Shown here: in pieces, positions 19,337-29,673 of the stretch
Layout of the letters: every line of letters starts with the position of its first letter
Numbering within the stretch: the first letter of the stretch is position 1
Source of the DNA: Promethearchaeia archaeon
GTDB lineage: Archaea; Asgardarchaeota; Lokiarchaeia; Sigyniarchaeales; SOKP01
Direction of reading: 5' to 3'
DNA length: 64,000 nucleotides
NCBI GenBank assembly: GCA_029856045.1
Contig: JAHQWG010000047.1
Coordinates: 208,178 to 272,177, forward strand
Notes under the pieces: generated by a model
Told to the model about the DNA's origin: nothing
The model's input: only the letters and a program-made list of their open reading frames with translations
The model's database searches: none
Translations under genes and position numbers: made by a program

Positions 19337-20605
19337 TTAATTCTGCACAACGATTTTTCCATTTTTAATGACTGTTGAAACGAGATTTATTCCAAATTGG
19401 TAAGCCAAGAATTGATAATTGGGTGCATTAAACATTACCAAATCTGCTTTCTTTCCAACTTCTATGCTACCAACCTGGTCTTGTCGTTGTAGGGCGCACG
19501 CAGCATTAATTGTTGCGGCACTCAGAGCTTCTGCAGGTGAGAGTTTCATATTATAACAAGCTAATACAATTATCATTTGCATTGACTCCGTCCAACAATT
19601 TGGGTTTAGATCAGTTGCAAGTGCCACAGGAATGCCAAATTCAATCATTTTTCTTGCTGGTGCATAATCCTTTAGCATCAAACAGAATGGAGTACCTGGC
19701 AATAGAGTAGCTATGACTCCCGCTTTTCTCATTGCTTCCAAACCATTATTATTTGATTTCAGTAAATGTGCTGCTTGAACTGCGTTTAATTTTGCTGCCA
19801 ATAAGGCTCCATTTGTATCTACAATCTCATCTATATGAATTTGAGGTTTTAATCCATATCTTTTTGCAGCAATTATTATTTTCTGAGTTTGTTCGATTGA
19901 AAATATCCCTTCTTCGCAGAATACATCACAAAACTCTGCTAAACCCTCACTAGCAATTTTGGGGATAATTTCTGAAATTATTAAGTCAACATAATCATCT
20001 GTTCTCCCTTTGTATTCTGGTGGTATTGCGTGTGCTCCTAAAAATGTTGAAACAACATCTAACGGGTGTTCTTTATTAAGGATATTCGCCGCTTTTAATG
20101 ATTTTATTTCGCTATCGAGTGAAAGTCCATAACCAGATTTCGTTTCAACTGTTGTTGTACCATAATTCATCATTCTATCTAAGATTTTTTTGCCGTTTTC
20201 AACTAATTTTTCAAGAGAAGCTTTTCTCGTTTCTCGAACAGTTTTTAAAATTCCTCCTCCAGCCTCGAGAATCTCGAGATACGTTTTTCCAGCAAGCTTC
20301 ATTGATAATTCATTTTCTCTTGAACCGTCAAATATGATATGAGTATGTGGGTCTATGAATCCAGGGGTAACTAATTTATTAGTAGCATCGATCTTAATGT
20401 TAATTTGATTGTAAGCATATTTAGACATTAGATCTTTGGTAGTTCCAACAAATATGATTTTGTCATCTTTTACTGCTACCGCTCCATCAAGAATAATTGC
20501 CAACTCTCCCATTTTTTCGCCAATCCTAGGCACACCAAATTTTGAATCCATAGTAACAAGTTGATTTGCATGGATAATTGCGAGATCTGGTTCATCATTC
20601 TTCAT
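19337..20605 (-). CDS. hutI: Imidazolonepropionase
   Basis: PGFIDPHTH, KSGYGL, DVFCE, ATDLNP. Confidence 0.95.
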   Translation of the reverse strand: MKNDEPDLAIIHANQLVTMDSKFGVPRIGEKMGELAIILDGAVAVKDDKIIFVGTTKDLMSKYAYNQINIKIDATNKLVTPGFIDPHTHIIFDGSRENELSMKLAGKTYLEILEAGGGILKTVRETRKASLEKLVENGKKILDRMMNYGTTTVETKSGYGLSLDSEIKSLKAANILNKEHPLDVVSTFLGAHAIPPEYKGRTDDYVDLIISEIIPKIASEGLAEFCDVFCEEGIFSIEQTQKIIIAAKRYGLKPQIHIDEIVDTNGALLAAKLNAVQAAHLLKSNNNGLEAMRKAGVIATLLPGTPFCLMLKDYAPARKMIEFGIPVALATDLNPNCWTESMQMIIVLACYNMKLSPAEALSAATINAACALQRQDQVGSIEVGKKADLVMFNAPNYQFLAYQFGINLVSTVIKNGKIVVQN

Positions 20606-20616
20606 AATTGGCAGCT

Positions 20617-22143
20617 CTATTGATTGCTTATTTTTAATAATTCATTACTTCTAATAATTTCTATTGCCACTTTTATAAAATCAGAGAGAATTGTATCTTC
20701 TGTTAAATGGGGTATTTTTTTTCGTATATATTCATAACAAGCCTCTAGAATCTTGCTTGATTTCAGAGGTCTTCTAAAATCAAAGGCTTGTGCGGCACAT
20801 AAAAGTTCTATTGCATAAATTTTTTCGACATTTTCAATTATTCGAAGTGTTTTTCTAGCACTAATAGCACCCATACTTACATGATCTTCTTGACCCATAG
20901 ATGTTGGTATGCTATCAGCGCTAGCAGGAAAGCAAAGTGATTTATTTTCACTTGCAAGAGCTGCTGAAGAATATTGAACCATCATAAATCCAGAGTTTAA
21001 ACCAGATTCCTTAATTAAATAAGGGGGTAATCCCCATTTCCCTTCCAAAAGAAGATACGTTCGCCGGTCAGAAATGTTTCCTAGTTCTGAAGCTGCTAAA
21101 CCCACATAATCTAAAGGTAATGCAAGTGGTTGTCCGTGGAAATTTCCTCCACTAATAGCATCTTCTTCATTAAAAATAATGGGGTTATCGGTAATGGAAT
21201 TTAATTCACATTCCAATTTTTCATTCAAATGCGATAAAGCATCCCTAGATGCACCATGAACTTGTGGCATACACCGAAGAGAATATGGATCTTGAACACG
21301 TTCACAATTTTTATGAGATTCTATAAATTCGGAATTCTCAAGAAATTTTCTTATTCTCTTAGCCACTATTTTAGCACCTTGATGTGGTCTTAATTCAATT
21401 AATCTCTCATCAAAAGGTTGGGGTGAACCTAAATAGCTTTCAAGACTGAGAGCACCAATTATATCCGCGTGATCTAAGCAATTTTTTAATTTTTCTGATA
21501 CCTTTATAGCATGAGCTGCTATAAATTGCGTACCATTAATTAATGCTAAACTTTCTTTTGGGCTAAGTTTTAATGGGGAAATTTTATACTGATTTAATAT
21601 TTTCTCAGTTGGAATAAAGGTTTTCCCATCGGTTGATAGATATCCTAAACCAATTAATGGTAAAAATAAATGAGCTAAAGGTGCGAGATCTCCCGATGCC
21701 CCAACCGAACCTTGTTCAGGAACTAAAGGTATATAATTTCTCTCAATATGCCAGAGTATTCTCTCAAGTATTTGTAATGATATTCCAGAATAGCCTTTAC
21801 TTAATACATGCACCTTGAGAATAAGCATTAATTTTGAGATTTCTTGCTCTATTGGTGAGCCAACACCTACACTATGACTCTTAAGAATATTCTCTTGTAA
21901 TTTACCAGTATCTTCTTTAGTAATTCTAGTTCTACATAAAGAGCCAATTCCGGTGTTAATACTATATACAAGTTTCTCACCCTGAGCAATAGATTGAACT
22001 ATCTCATAACTTTTTAATACTTTAGTTTTAACCTCATCTGTTAATATCCCTTTTATCTGGTCCCTTGCCAATTTCAGCGCTTTTTCAATGGTAAGTTGAT
22101 CTAAACCAAATTTAAAATTGTCTTTCATATTCTCCTGTTTCAA
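20617..22143 (-). CDS. hutH: Histidine ammonia-lyase
   Basis: GSVGASGDLAPLAH (MIO), QDPYSLRC, GGNFHGQP. Confidence 0.97.
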   Translation of the reverse strand: MKQENMKDNFKFGLDQLTIEKALKLARDQIKGILTDEVKTKVLKSYEIVQSIAQGEKLVYSINTGIGSLCRTRITKEDTGKLQENILKSHSVGVGSPIEQEISKLMLILKVHVLSKGYSGISLQILERILWHIERNYIPLVPEQGSVGASGDLAPLAHLFLPLIGLGYLSTDGKTFIPTEKILNQYKISPLKLSPKESLALINGTQFIAAHAIKVSEKLKNCLDHADIIGALSLESYLGSPQPFDERLIELRPHQGAKIVAKRIRKFLENSEFIESHKNCERVQDPYSLRCMPQVHGASRDALSHLNEKLECELNSITDNPIIFNEEDAISGGNFHGQPLALPLDYVGLAASELGNISDRRTYLLLEGKWGLPPYLIKESGLNSGFMMVQYSSAALASENKSLCFPASADSIPTSMGQEDHVSMGAISARKTLRIIENVEKIYAIELLCAAQAFDFRRPLKSSKILEACYEYIRKKIPHLTEDTILSDFIKVAIEIIRSNELLKISNQ

Positions 22144-22185
22144 AATATTGATAGATTTTTTATTGTGTTAATCGAGTAATTTAAT

Positions 22186-24207
22186 TCATTTAACATTTTT
22201 TAAATAATTAGTTACAACTTCATCAACAAGATTATCTTGGGCTATGAATGGCAAGGTTATGTGTCCCCACCCTTCATTTTCAATGTTCCAATTATAAGCG
22301 GTTTCCATCGCATGCGGATTTCTTGCCCAACTTCTTCTACCTATTCCACCCATAACGTCCCATTCTAATGCATTCTTTATAGTTCTATCTACCTTTACAG
22401 ACCCATCTAATACCAGTCCAAACCCACCGTTAAAACATTTCCCAACTCCTACACCACCTCCATTTGACAGTACAGCTATAGTCATGCCCCTTAATGCATT
22501 TCCAGCAAAACAATGAACAGCCATTTCTACCATAACATTACTTCCATCTTTAATATTAGATGTTTCTCTGAATGGGGAATCAGTGCCTGAAACATCATGA
22601 TGGTCTCTTCCGAGCATTATTGGCCCGATTTCTCCATTTCTTACCAATTCATTAAACTTGAGGGCAATATTAATTCTTTCTTTTGCATCAGCATATAATA
22701 TTCTGGCTCTTGTCCCAACAACAAGTTTATTTTTTTTCGCATCCTTTATCCAAATATAATTATCTCTATCTTGAGCTCGCCTTTCTGGGTCAATGTAGCT
22801 CATTGCTGCATGGTCCGTTTTATCAAGATCCTCATTTTTTCCAGAGAGACATACCCATCTAAAAGGACCATACCCATAATCAAAGCATATAGGTCCCATA
22901 ATATCTTCAACATACGACGGAAAAATAAATCCTTCTGAAGTATCAACGCCGTTTTTCACTATATCCCTGACACCAGCATCAAAAACTGCTTTCATAAATG
23001 AATTTCCATAATCCCAGAAGAAAGTTCCCTTATCTCGCATAATTTTTATTAATCTGAATTGTTCCTTTAAAGATTCATCTATTAGTTGTTTTAATTTTGT
23101 TGGGTCAGATTTTATTAATCTCCTTCCTTCTTCAAAGCTGACCTGATAAGGTGTATAACCACCATTATATACAGCATGACAGGAAGTCTGGTCAGAAGCA
23201 AGTTCAACTTTAATCTTATTTTCAACTACATATTTCCAAAGATTAACAACATTTCCATAATACCCAATAGATATTGATGTACCTGATTTTTTTGCATCAT
23301 CAATCCAATTGAAAATCTCTTCTAGATCATCGGAATATTTTGAAAGCCATCCCTGTTTATGCCTTGTTTCGATTCTTGATTTATCCACCTCTGCTATAAC
23401 ACCTATGCCCCCAGCTATCTCTACTGCTTTTGCTTGAGCTCCTGACATACCTCCAAGACCTGAACTAAGGTATATGACTCCCTTGAGGTCTTTATCGGCA
23501 GGGATTCCAAGATAATAACGCCCAGCATTAAGCAAAGTGATATAAGTTCCATGAACTATGCCTTGTGGTCCGATATACATCCAACCTCCGGCGGTCATTT
23601 GCCCATAGTTCGCTACTCCCAATGCTGCTGCCGTTGCAAAATCTTCTGGGTTATCGAACATTCCAACCATTAAACCATTTGTCGAGATCACCCTGGATGC
23701 GGTGGGGAAGGTAGGAAATAATCCAACCGGATGCCCAGATGAGACGACAAGAGTTTGATTGGAAGTTAATTCTTCAAGATACATTTTCACAAGCCGGTAC
23801 TGCATCCAATTTTGGTGAACTTGACCAGATTCTCCATATGTGACAAGTTCATAAGGATATAGAGCTACATCAAAATCAAGATTGTTATCAATCATAACTT
23901 GTAAAGCTTTCCCTTCAAGTGTTTTTCCTTTATACTCATCAACAGGCTTCGCTTTTATGTTTCCTTCTGGTCTAAATCTATAACCGTAGATTCTACCTCT
24001 TGTTACCAATTCATTCATAAATTCAGGTGCAATTTTTTCGTGTAAAGAAAGAGGTATATATCGTAAAGCATTTTTTAAGGCTAATTTTGTTTGATTTTTA
24101 TTGAGTCTATAACCACGAGAGGGTGCTCTTCTAATACCATCAATGAATTCGGGATATTTAGGGAGTGTTTCTGGCAATTTAATTTTCATAGCTTTTGAAA
24201 GATCCAT
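22186..24207 (-). CDS. hutU: Urocanate hydratase (long 673-aa type)
   Basis: YGQMTAGGWMYIGPQGIVHGT, GLGGMSGAQ, SDQTSCH, GRDHHDVSG. Confidence 0.97.
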   Translation of the reverse strand: MDLSKAMKIKLPETLPKYPEFIDGIRRAPSRGYRLNKNQTKLALKNALRYIPLSLHEKIAPEFMNELVTRGRIYGYRFRPEGNIKAKPVDEYKGKTLEGKALQVMIDNNLDFDVALYPYELVTYGESGQVHQNWMQYRLVKMYLEELTSNQTLVVSSGHPVGLFPTFPTASRVISTNGLMVGMFDNPEDFATAAALGVANYGQMTAGGWMYIGPQGIVHGTYITLLNAGRYYLGIPADKDLKGVIYLSSGLGGMSGAQAKAVEIAGGIGVIAEVDKSRIETRHKQGWLSKYSDDLEEIFNWIDDAKKSGTSISIGYYGNVVNLWKYVVENKIKVELASDQTSCHAVYNGGYTPYQVSFEEGRRLIKSDPTKLKQLIDESLKEQFRLIKIMRDKGTFFWDYGNSFMKAVFDAGVRDIVKNGVDTSEGFIFPSYVEDIMGPICFDYGYGPFRWVCLSGKNEDLDKTDHAAMSYIDPERRAQDRDNYIWIKDAKKNKLVVGTRARILYADAKERINIALKFNELVRNGEIGPIMLGRDHHDVSGTDSPFRETSNIKDGSNVMVEMAVHCFAGNALRGMTIAVLSNGGGVGVGKCFNGGFGLVLDGSVKVDRTIKNALEWDVMGGIGRRSWARNPHAMETAYNWNIENEGWGHITLPFIAQDNLVDEVVTNYLKNVK

Positions 24208-24353
24208 ATTTTTTAATTACCCCATCCAATATTTGAATTTTATTATTTCTTTTTTTTTAATACACTAAAGTGCTAACCAAACGGGAAAAAAGGCTATAAA
24301 AAAATTAATAACATATTTAACATTTAAAAGCAGAAAAAAGTTTATATACAGTT

Positions 24354-25136
24354 ATGAAAGAACTTTATCGGCAAATTATCGAAATTGAGCGGATTGCTAG
24401 TCACGCTTGGCCAGCTCATGAAGTTCAGTATTTGGGTGGATGGATGCTTCGAGCCAGTTATGGGATTACTCATAGGGCAAATAGTACATTAATTCTTGAC
24501 GAGCTACCCGAGGGAGATATCGATTCAGCTATCCAAATTATTCGTGAATTCTATATAAGCCAAGGTTTACCAACAAGATTTCAATTAACGAATGCAAGTG
24601 TGCCTGCTAATATTGACCGTAAAATTGCTGATTTGGGTTTTATCTTAGAAATGAAAGTTAATGTGCAAATTATTTCCCTGGATTCTTTATTCCATGATAT
24701 AACTTCTTTTCATATAGAAATTCATCCAGTCCCTCAACAGGACTGGCTTTCTACATATGCAGCTGTTGGAAATTATGATTCTGTCTCTTTAAGAATTAGA
24801 GGAGCCATTATGAGACGTGTTGTGCAGGAAAAAGCATTTGCATCAGCTATCTTTAAAGGCAAGGTTGTTGGAGTGGGATTTGGGGTAGCTGAAAATGGTT
24901 GGCTTGGATTATTTGCAATATATACCCTAGCCTCGTTTCGACATAAGGGCATAGCAACTGCTATTACACGCGCTCTCGCCCAATGGGGATTATCTAAGGG
25001 AGCCACCCGTGCCTATCTCCTAGTTGAGCAGAAAAATGAACCTGCAAATGCCCTTTATAATCATTTGGGTTTCCAAAATCTCTATTATTATTGGTACAGA
25101 TTGGAACAAGGTAGTATTGAAAATAAAGAAAATTAA
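24354..25136 (+). CDS. GNAT family N-acetyltransferase
   Basis: AWPA...GWMLR...RANS N-terminus; RHKGIA acetyl-CoA motif; NEPANALYNHLGF. Confidence 0.85.
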   Translation: MKELYRQIIEIERIASHAWPAHEVQYLGGWMLRASYGITHRANSTLILDELPEGDIDSAIQIIREFYISQGLPTRFQLTNASVPANIDRKIADLGFILEMKVNVQIISLDSLFHDITSFHIEIHPVPQQDWLSTYAAVGNYDSVSLRIRGAIMRRVVQEKAFASAIFKGKVVGVGFGVAENGWLGLFAIYTLASFRHKGIATAITRALAQWGLSKGATRAYLLVEQKNEPANALYNHLGFQNLYYYWYRLEQGSIENKEN

Positions 25137-25198
25137 TTTATTTTGGGTGGTATCAAAATTTAGTGATGGATATATCAATTAAGAAATTATTTTTTACT

Positions 25199-25951
25199 CT
25201 ATTTTGGAACTTTTAATACCTTACAAATTAAGGTTGAAGGAATCATTTCTATTATTTCTTGATACCGTTCCTCGTGAGGGATGACATCTCTTTCCAATGG
25301 TTTAGGCTCAAGTATGTTTTCTATATTGAAGCCAATCCTGATTAATCCATTGATGATATCACTAATTTTTGATGCGTGAACTCTAAGATCTATTCCTGTA
25401 GACTCTACAAATGTCACTTCTTTTTCAAAATAGCTTACCGATATTTTAAGCTCCTTAAGATCAAGATCCTCTGCACCAAGAAGGTTGTAAATCGGGTGTT
25501 GCATACTAAACACGAAAATACCATTCGGTTTTAAAATTCTATAAGCTTCCTTAAATGCCGCATTCAAATCTTGCATCCAATCTAATGCGAAAGTAGATAT
25601 TGCTATATCAAATATATCATCATCGATCATTATTAAATTCTCTATATCACCTTCTATTAACTCAATTTTAACTTTATTTTCTATTATTAAATTTTTAGCA
25701 TATTTCAATTGTTCTAAAGATATATCAACTCCTGTACAAATACCTCCTTTCTTTGCTAAAGTAATAGAGTTTTCAGCAGCTCCACATCCTAATTCTACAA
25801 TTCTTTTTTCTTCAACATCCCCAAGCAGATTAAGTTCAGATTCCCTTGCATAACCTGGAGCGTATTCAATATCAGCAAATGATAACTTTCTTTTCTTCTG
25901 ATATTCTAATGCTATTAAATTCCAATGTTCTTTAATGTTGTTTTTACTCAT
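25199..25951 (-). CDS. Class I SAM-dependent methyltransferase
   Basis: VELGCGAAE motif I, GVDIS, RILKPNG. Confidence 0.9.
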   Translation of the reverse strand: MSKNNIKEHWNLIALEYQKKRKLSFADIEYAPGYARESELNLLGDVEEKRIVELGCGAAENSITLAKKGGICTGVDISLEQLKYAKNLIIENKVKIELIEGDIENLIMIDDDIFDIAISTFALDWMQDLNAAFKEAYRILKPNGIFVFSMQHPIYNLLGAEDLDLKELKISVSYFEKEVTFVESTGIDLRVHASKISDIINGLIRIGFNIENILEPKPLERDVIPHEERYQEIIEMIPSTLICKVLKVPK

Positions 25952-26038
25952 ACTGTAATGAATTTAAGTAATTTTATTAAATTTTTTTCTAAAGTCTAAG
26001 TAAAAATTCCTATCATCACTGAATTTTGCATCCATCCT

Positions 26039-26467
26039 TTATTTTTTTTTTAAAAGAGAATCGATAATTATTTTTTTATGATCAAATGCTAGTTCCATTG
26101 ATTCAATATTTTTAATAGGAACTAATTCCAAATCCGTTGCATCAGTTTTTGCTATAGGGTTTTCGTTCATTGTTAATGGTTCACATAAATATGAAATAGT
26201 AACTGTGTGACCTCTTGGATCTCGTTTGGGATCAGAATAAACTCCTGTTAATTTTATAATTCTAATATGGATATTTGTCTCTTCAAAAGCTTCCCTTTTA
26301 CAAGCTTCTTCTGCAGTTTCACCTACTTCCACAAAACCACCGGGTAAAGCGAATTGCCCTTGAAATGGGGGATTTTTCCTTTTAATAAGTACAATTTTCT
26401 CATCCGGTATTTTTATCACAGCATCAACCGTTAAAAGTGGTGTAATGGGGATGGGCATATTTTTCAC
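26039..26467 (-). CDS. Nudix hydrolase (ADP-ribose pyrophosphatase-like)
   Basis: PGGFVEVGETAEEACKREAFEET Nudix box; RDPRGH; LAFDH. Confidence 0.92.
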   Translation of the reverse strand: MKNMPIPITPLLTVDAVIKIPDEKIVLIKRKNPPFQGQFALPGGFVEVGETAEEACKREAFEETNIHIRIIKLTGVYSDPKRDPRGHTVTISYLCEPLTMNENPIAKTDATDLELVPIKNIESMELAFDHKKIIIDSLLKKK

Positions 26468-26487
26468 ATTATTTTAAAAATTTGTAT

Positions 26488-27576
26488 TTAAATTCCAGAA
26501 ATTTTTGTTAGGGCTTCTGGTTTATCACAATTAAGACCTTTTTTCTTTGAAAGTTCTAAAGTTAATAATTGTATCGGAATGATTGATAAAAAGGGACACA
26601 AATCTGGCAATGTTAGTGGAATATTTAATTGAAAATCAACTAAATGGGAATCGATATCACTGGATATGCCTATAATTGTTGGATTTCTTTTCTTCAACTT
26701 ATTTATCAATTTAATCATATATTCTTTTCTAGTCCCATTTTGTGACGGAATAATAGTTACAATCCAAACACCAAACTCCGCCAATGTTATTGGTCCATGG
26801 GGAAACTCGGCGGTGGGAAATTCATCTGCAAAGATTTGGGCTCCTTCTTTTAATTTTAAAGCTCCTTCTTTCGCTGTAGCAAAATCGGGACCTGCTCCCA
26901 AGACAAAACAGCGATCGGTTAGCTCAAAATTTGATGTTAATGTTTTTACTTCTTTATGAGATTTAGGAATTAATTTTTCTATTTTGTTTGGAAGCGAAAG
27001 CAGCTCATTCCAATATGAAGTATATATATCATCAGAAATTTTATTTAAGTATTTAGCTATTTCAAGAGCAAATGCTGTAAGAACACCCAATTCCGCAATA
27101 TATGTTTTTGTAGCCATTACACTTATTTCTTTTTCACATTTAGTAAAAATACAATAATCTGTGATTTTAGCTAATTTTGAATCTGGGTTATTTGAAACAC
27201 ATACAGTTGTAATATTTTTCTCATTTCCATATTCGATAGTCTTAATTGTAGCTTTAGATTCACCGCTTTGAGAAAGACCAATTATTAAATCATTTTCATT
27301 AATAATTGATTCAATTAAATATGGAAATTCAGGTGCAAATTCAGCAGATGAATAAATCTTTGCTAAATTATTAAATAAATATTGCGCAAAGAAGCCTGAA
27401 TGATAAGACGTGCCTGATCCAGTTAAAAATACTCTTTTTTTTTCAGTTTTAAAAATTTTTTTAGCAACATCTTTTATTATATCTGTTTGTTTTAATGTTT
27501 CTTTTAATGCTCTGGGTGTATCGTATATTTCTTTAAGAGTATATTTGCCAAGATTGTTGGAGTTTTCAGTAATCAT
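26488..27576 (-). CDS. SIS-domain sugar-phosphate isomerase/deaminase (GlmS isomerase-like, no glutaminase domain)
   Basis: GSGTS, SQSGE, ATKTY, EGALKLKE, HGP, L.K tail. Confidence 0.85.
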   Translation of the reverse strand: MITENSNNLGKYTLKEIYDTPRALKETLKQTDIIKDVAKKIFKTEKKRVFLTGSGTSYHSGFFAQYLFNNLAKIYSSAEFAPEFPYLIESIINENDLIIGLSQSGESKATIKTIEYGNEKNITTVCVSNNPDSKLAKITDYCIFTKCEKEISVMATKTYIAELGVLTAFALEIAKYLNKISDDIYTSYWNELLSLPNKIEKLIPKSHKEVKTLTSNFELTDRCFVLGAGPDFATAKEGALKLKEGAQIFADEFPTAEFPHGPITLAEFGVWIVTIIPSQNGTRKEYMIKLINKLKKRNPTIIGISSDIDSHLVDFQLNIPLTLPDLCPFLSIIPIQLLTLELSKKKGLNCDKPEALTKISGI

Positions 27577-27675
27577 TTTACTTTAAAACAATTTATTTGA
27601 AAGTACTTGTTTTTATCTTAAGGAATTAATAGCATATTAAATATATTTATTTTATTTAAAATAATACGATATTTA

Positions 27676-28578
27676 ATGAGTCAAAAAGAAGATGTATCCA
27701 CCACAGATCTTGAAACTGCTGATATTTTCTTGAAAAAATTGTATGAAGTAATTTATAAATTATCAGCCTTCTCTAAAACTCAATTCCCCAGATTCACAAA
27801 ATTATGGAATATTTATCTTTTTAAAAGTAAAATAAATCCTCATATTCCAAGACAAATAAAGTTAAATAAGGAGAAATTCTTAACCGATAATAATTATAAA
27901 TCTCAAATTCTTAGAACTACAGAAAATGCTATTGTTGATATTTTTTATTCTATTCGTTCTATTGTTGAGGCATTATATAATAAAATTTTTCCCAATCCAG
28001 ATTTATTCCTTAAAGATTTTTCCGAAGATGATCAAAAGATTTTACCTTATATTTGTGCAAAAGATTTATATGGTAAGCTCCTTGAATTTCTTAAGTTAGA
28101 ACACAATATAACATCGACAAAATATTTGATTATTGGAAAAAATTACTTATTATTAAAATTAAACGGAATGAGCAATGCCGAAATTCTCAATAGCCTAGAA
28201 AAGTCAGAAATAACAATAAAATACTATAAGTTAAATAAAATAATGCAAGAAATTGAAGGGGAAAGAATTATTAAGGTTGAGAGGAAAGGCAGAACTAAAA
28301 TCTATACATTAAAGAATGATTTAGTTCTAAGCTCTGATGGACAAAAAAAGTATAATCAGTTTTTTTACCCTCTTTTAGAATGGTCTACCCAAATTTGGCG
28401 TAGTTTTTACAATATCCGGGAATTAAATATCACCCCACCTTCGGAATATAAATGGCGTTCATATTTAGAAAAAGTCTTACCACGATCCGCTACTCAAGGA
28501 TTTAATGCGACTCATTATGTTATGAAAAATTTGGCTAAATATTATGAAATGCTTATAAAAGAAGAGAATGAAGAATAA
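27676..28578 (+). CDS. Hypothetical protein, possible winged-helix region
   Basis: 300-aa ORF; ...EGERIIKVERKGRTKIYTL resembles a wHTH wing. Confidence 0.6.
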   Translation: MSQKEDVSTTDLETADIFLKKLYEVIYKLSAFSKTQFPRFTKLWNIYLFKSKINPHIPRQIKLNKEKFLTDNNYKSQILRTTENAIVDIFYSIRSIVEALYNKIFPNPDLFLKDFSEDDQKILPYICAKDLYGKLLEFLKLEHNITSTKYLIIGKNYLLLKLNGMSNAEILNSLEKSEITIKYYKLNKIMQEIEGERIIKVERKGRTKIYTLKNDLVLSSDGQKKYNQFFYPLLEWSTQIWRSFYNIRELNITPPSEYKWRSYLEKVLPRSATQGFNATHYVMKNLAKYYEMLIKEENEE

Positions 28579-28682
28579 GTTCATTTTCAGAAAAAAGTTT
28601 GTCTAGAGTATGTTAAATTCACCTTAAAAAAACATTCTATATTATTTTATGGGGATCTGCATTATACAGAAAATAGATTTTT

Positions 28683-29672
28683 TTAATATTTTTTTGCAGG
28701 TACTAGCTTTAATACTTGGAATATTTGATTTTCAGAAGGATTTGTGTCAAAATTTTTTATTTTTTTTTGTAATTTTTCACTTAGTATGAAATCCAATAAG
28801 AAATTTGGTTTTTCCTCACTTAGAATGATAAGTGAACCACTAGAGCCTCCTAATTTTGCTCCGATAACATTATTTATATTACAAAAGTCCAATATTTCTT
28901 GATCAATTTTTCTTTGCAATATCACATTTTCAGTTGGATTTCCATAACGACCGTAAGTTTGTGTTAATTTCTGATTCTCATTCATCAGTTTTCCAATTAA
29001 TTTAAGGTCTTTATTAATAATTGCTTCTTTACCTTTTATAGCACAATTTCGAATTTTATTCACAATTTTTATTAGACTAGAATTAGTTGGATAAGCGAGA
29101 AATGGGAATCTATGAATATCTCCACTGCTAATATTCTTACTCCTTACACCAATATAGAATGGTATATCTTTAATATCAAGGTCTTCAATAATATAATTTC
29201 TATAATCATCACTTGAAAAGTCCATATATTTAATCCCTCCAAATGTATCTACAAAACAATCTTGTGGTCCAGCAGTATTCCCCATAATCTCATGCTCAAC
29301 AAGTCGAGTATAATGTGCGATGGTTCTTAAATTCAATTTTAAAGAAAATAATTTATTGAGACCTTTAAATAGATTAACAATTATCGCAGTAGAACCTGAA
29401 AGACCCCCTTGTACGGGAATATTTGTCTTGATTTTAAAACTGAAATTTTCTAAGTTAAAACCTTTTTGGCTTAATAAAATTAAAGAACTACTTACAATAT
29501 TTCTAAAATTCTCATTTTGCTCATTATTAATTAAAAATAAATTTTTTTCCTCTTTACTCACCTCTCCTTTTACGAAAAAATCTTTAATAGTTGAGGAAAT
29601 TACAATACCATTATAAATATCTGATGGATTTCCCAAAATTCCTATTCTTGCGTTAGTTTTAATTCTTACCAT
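28683..29672 (-). CDS. GHMP kinase, glucuronokinase-like
   Basis: ARIGILGNPSD, IPVQGGLSGSTA, AGPQD, GAKLGGSSG. Confidence 0.8.
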   Translation of the reverse strand: MVRIKTNARIGILGNPSDIYNGIVISSTIKDFFVKGEVSKEEKNLFLINNEQNENFRNIVSSSLILLSQKGFNLENFSFKIKTNIPVQGGLSGSTAIIVNLFKGLNKLFSLKLNLRTIAHYTRLVEHEIMGNTAGPQDCFVDTFGGIKYMDFSSDDYRNYIIEDLDIKDIPFYIGVRSKNISSGDIHRFPFLAYPTNSSLIKIVNKIRNCAIKGKEAIINKDLKLIGKLMNENQKLTQTYGRYGNPTENVILQRKIDQEILDFCNINNVIGAKLGGSSGSLIILSEEKPNFLLDFILSEKLQKKIKNFDTNPSENQIFQVLKLVPAKKY

Positions 29673-29673
29673 T

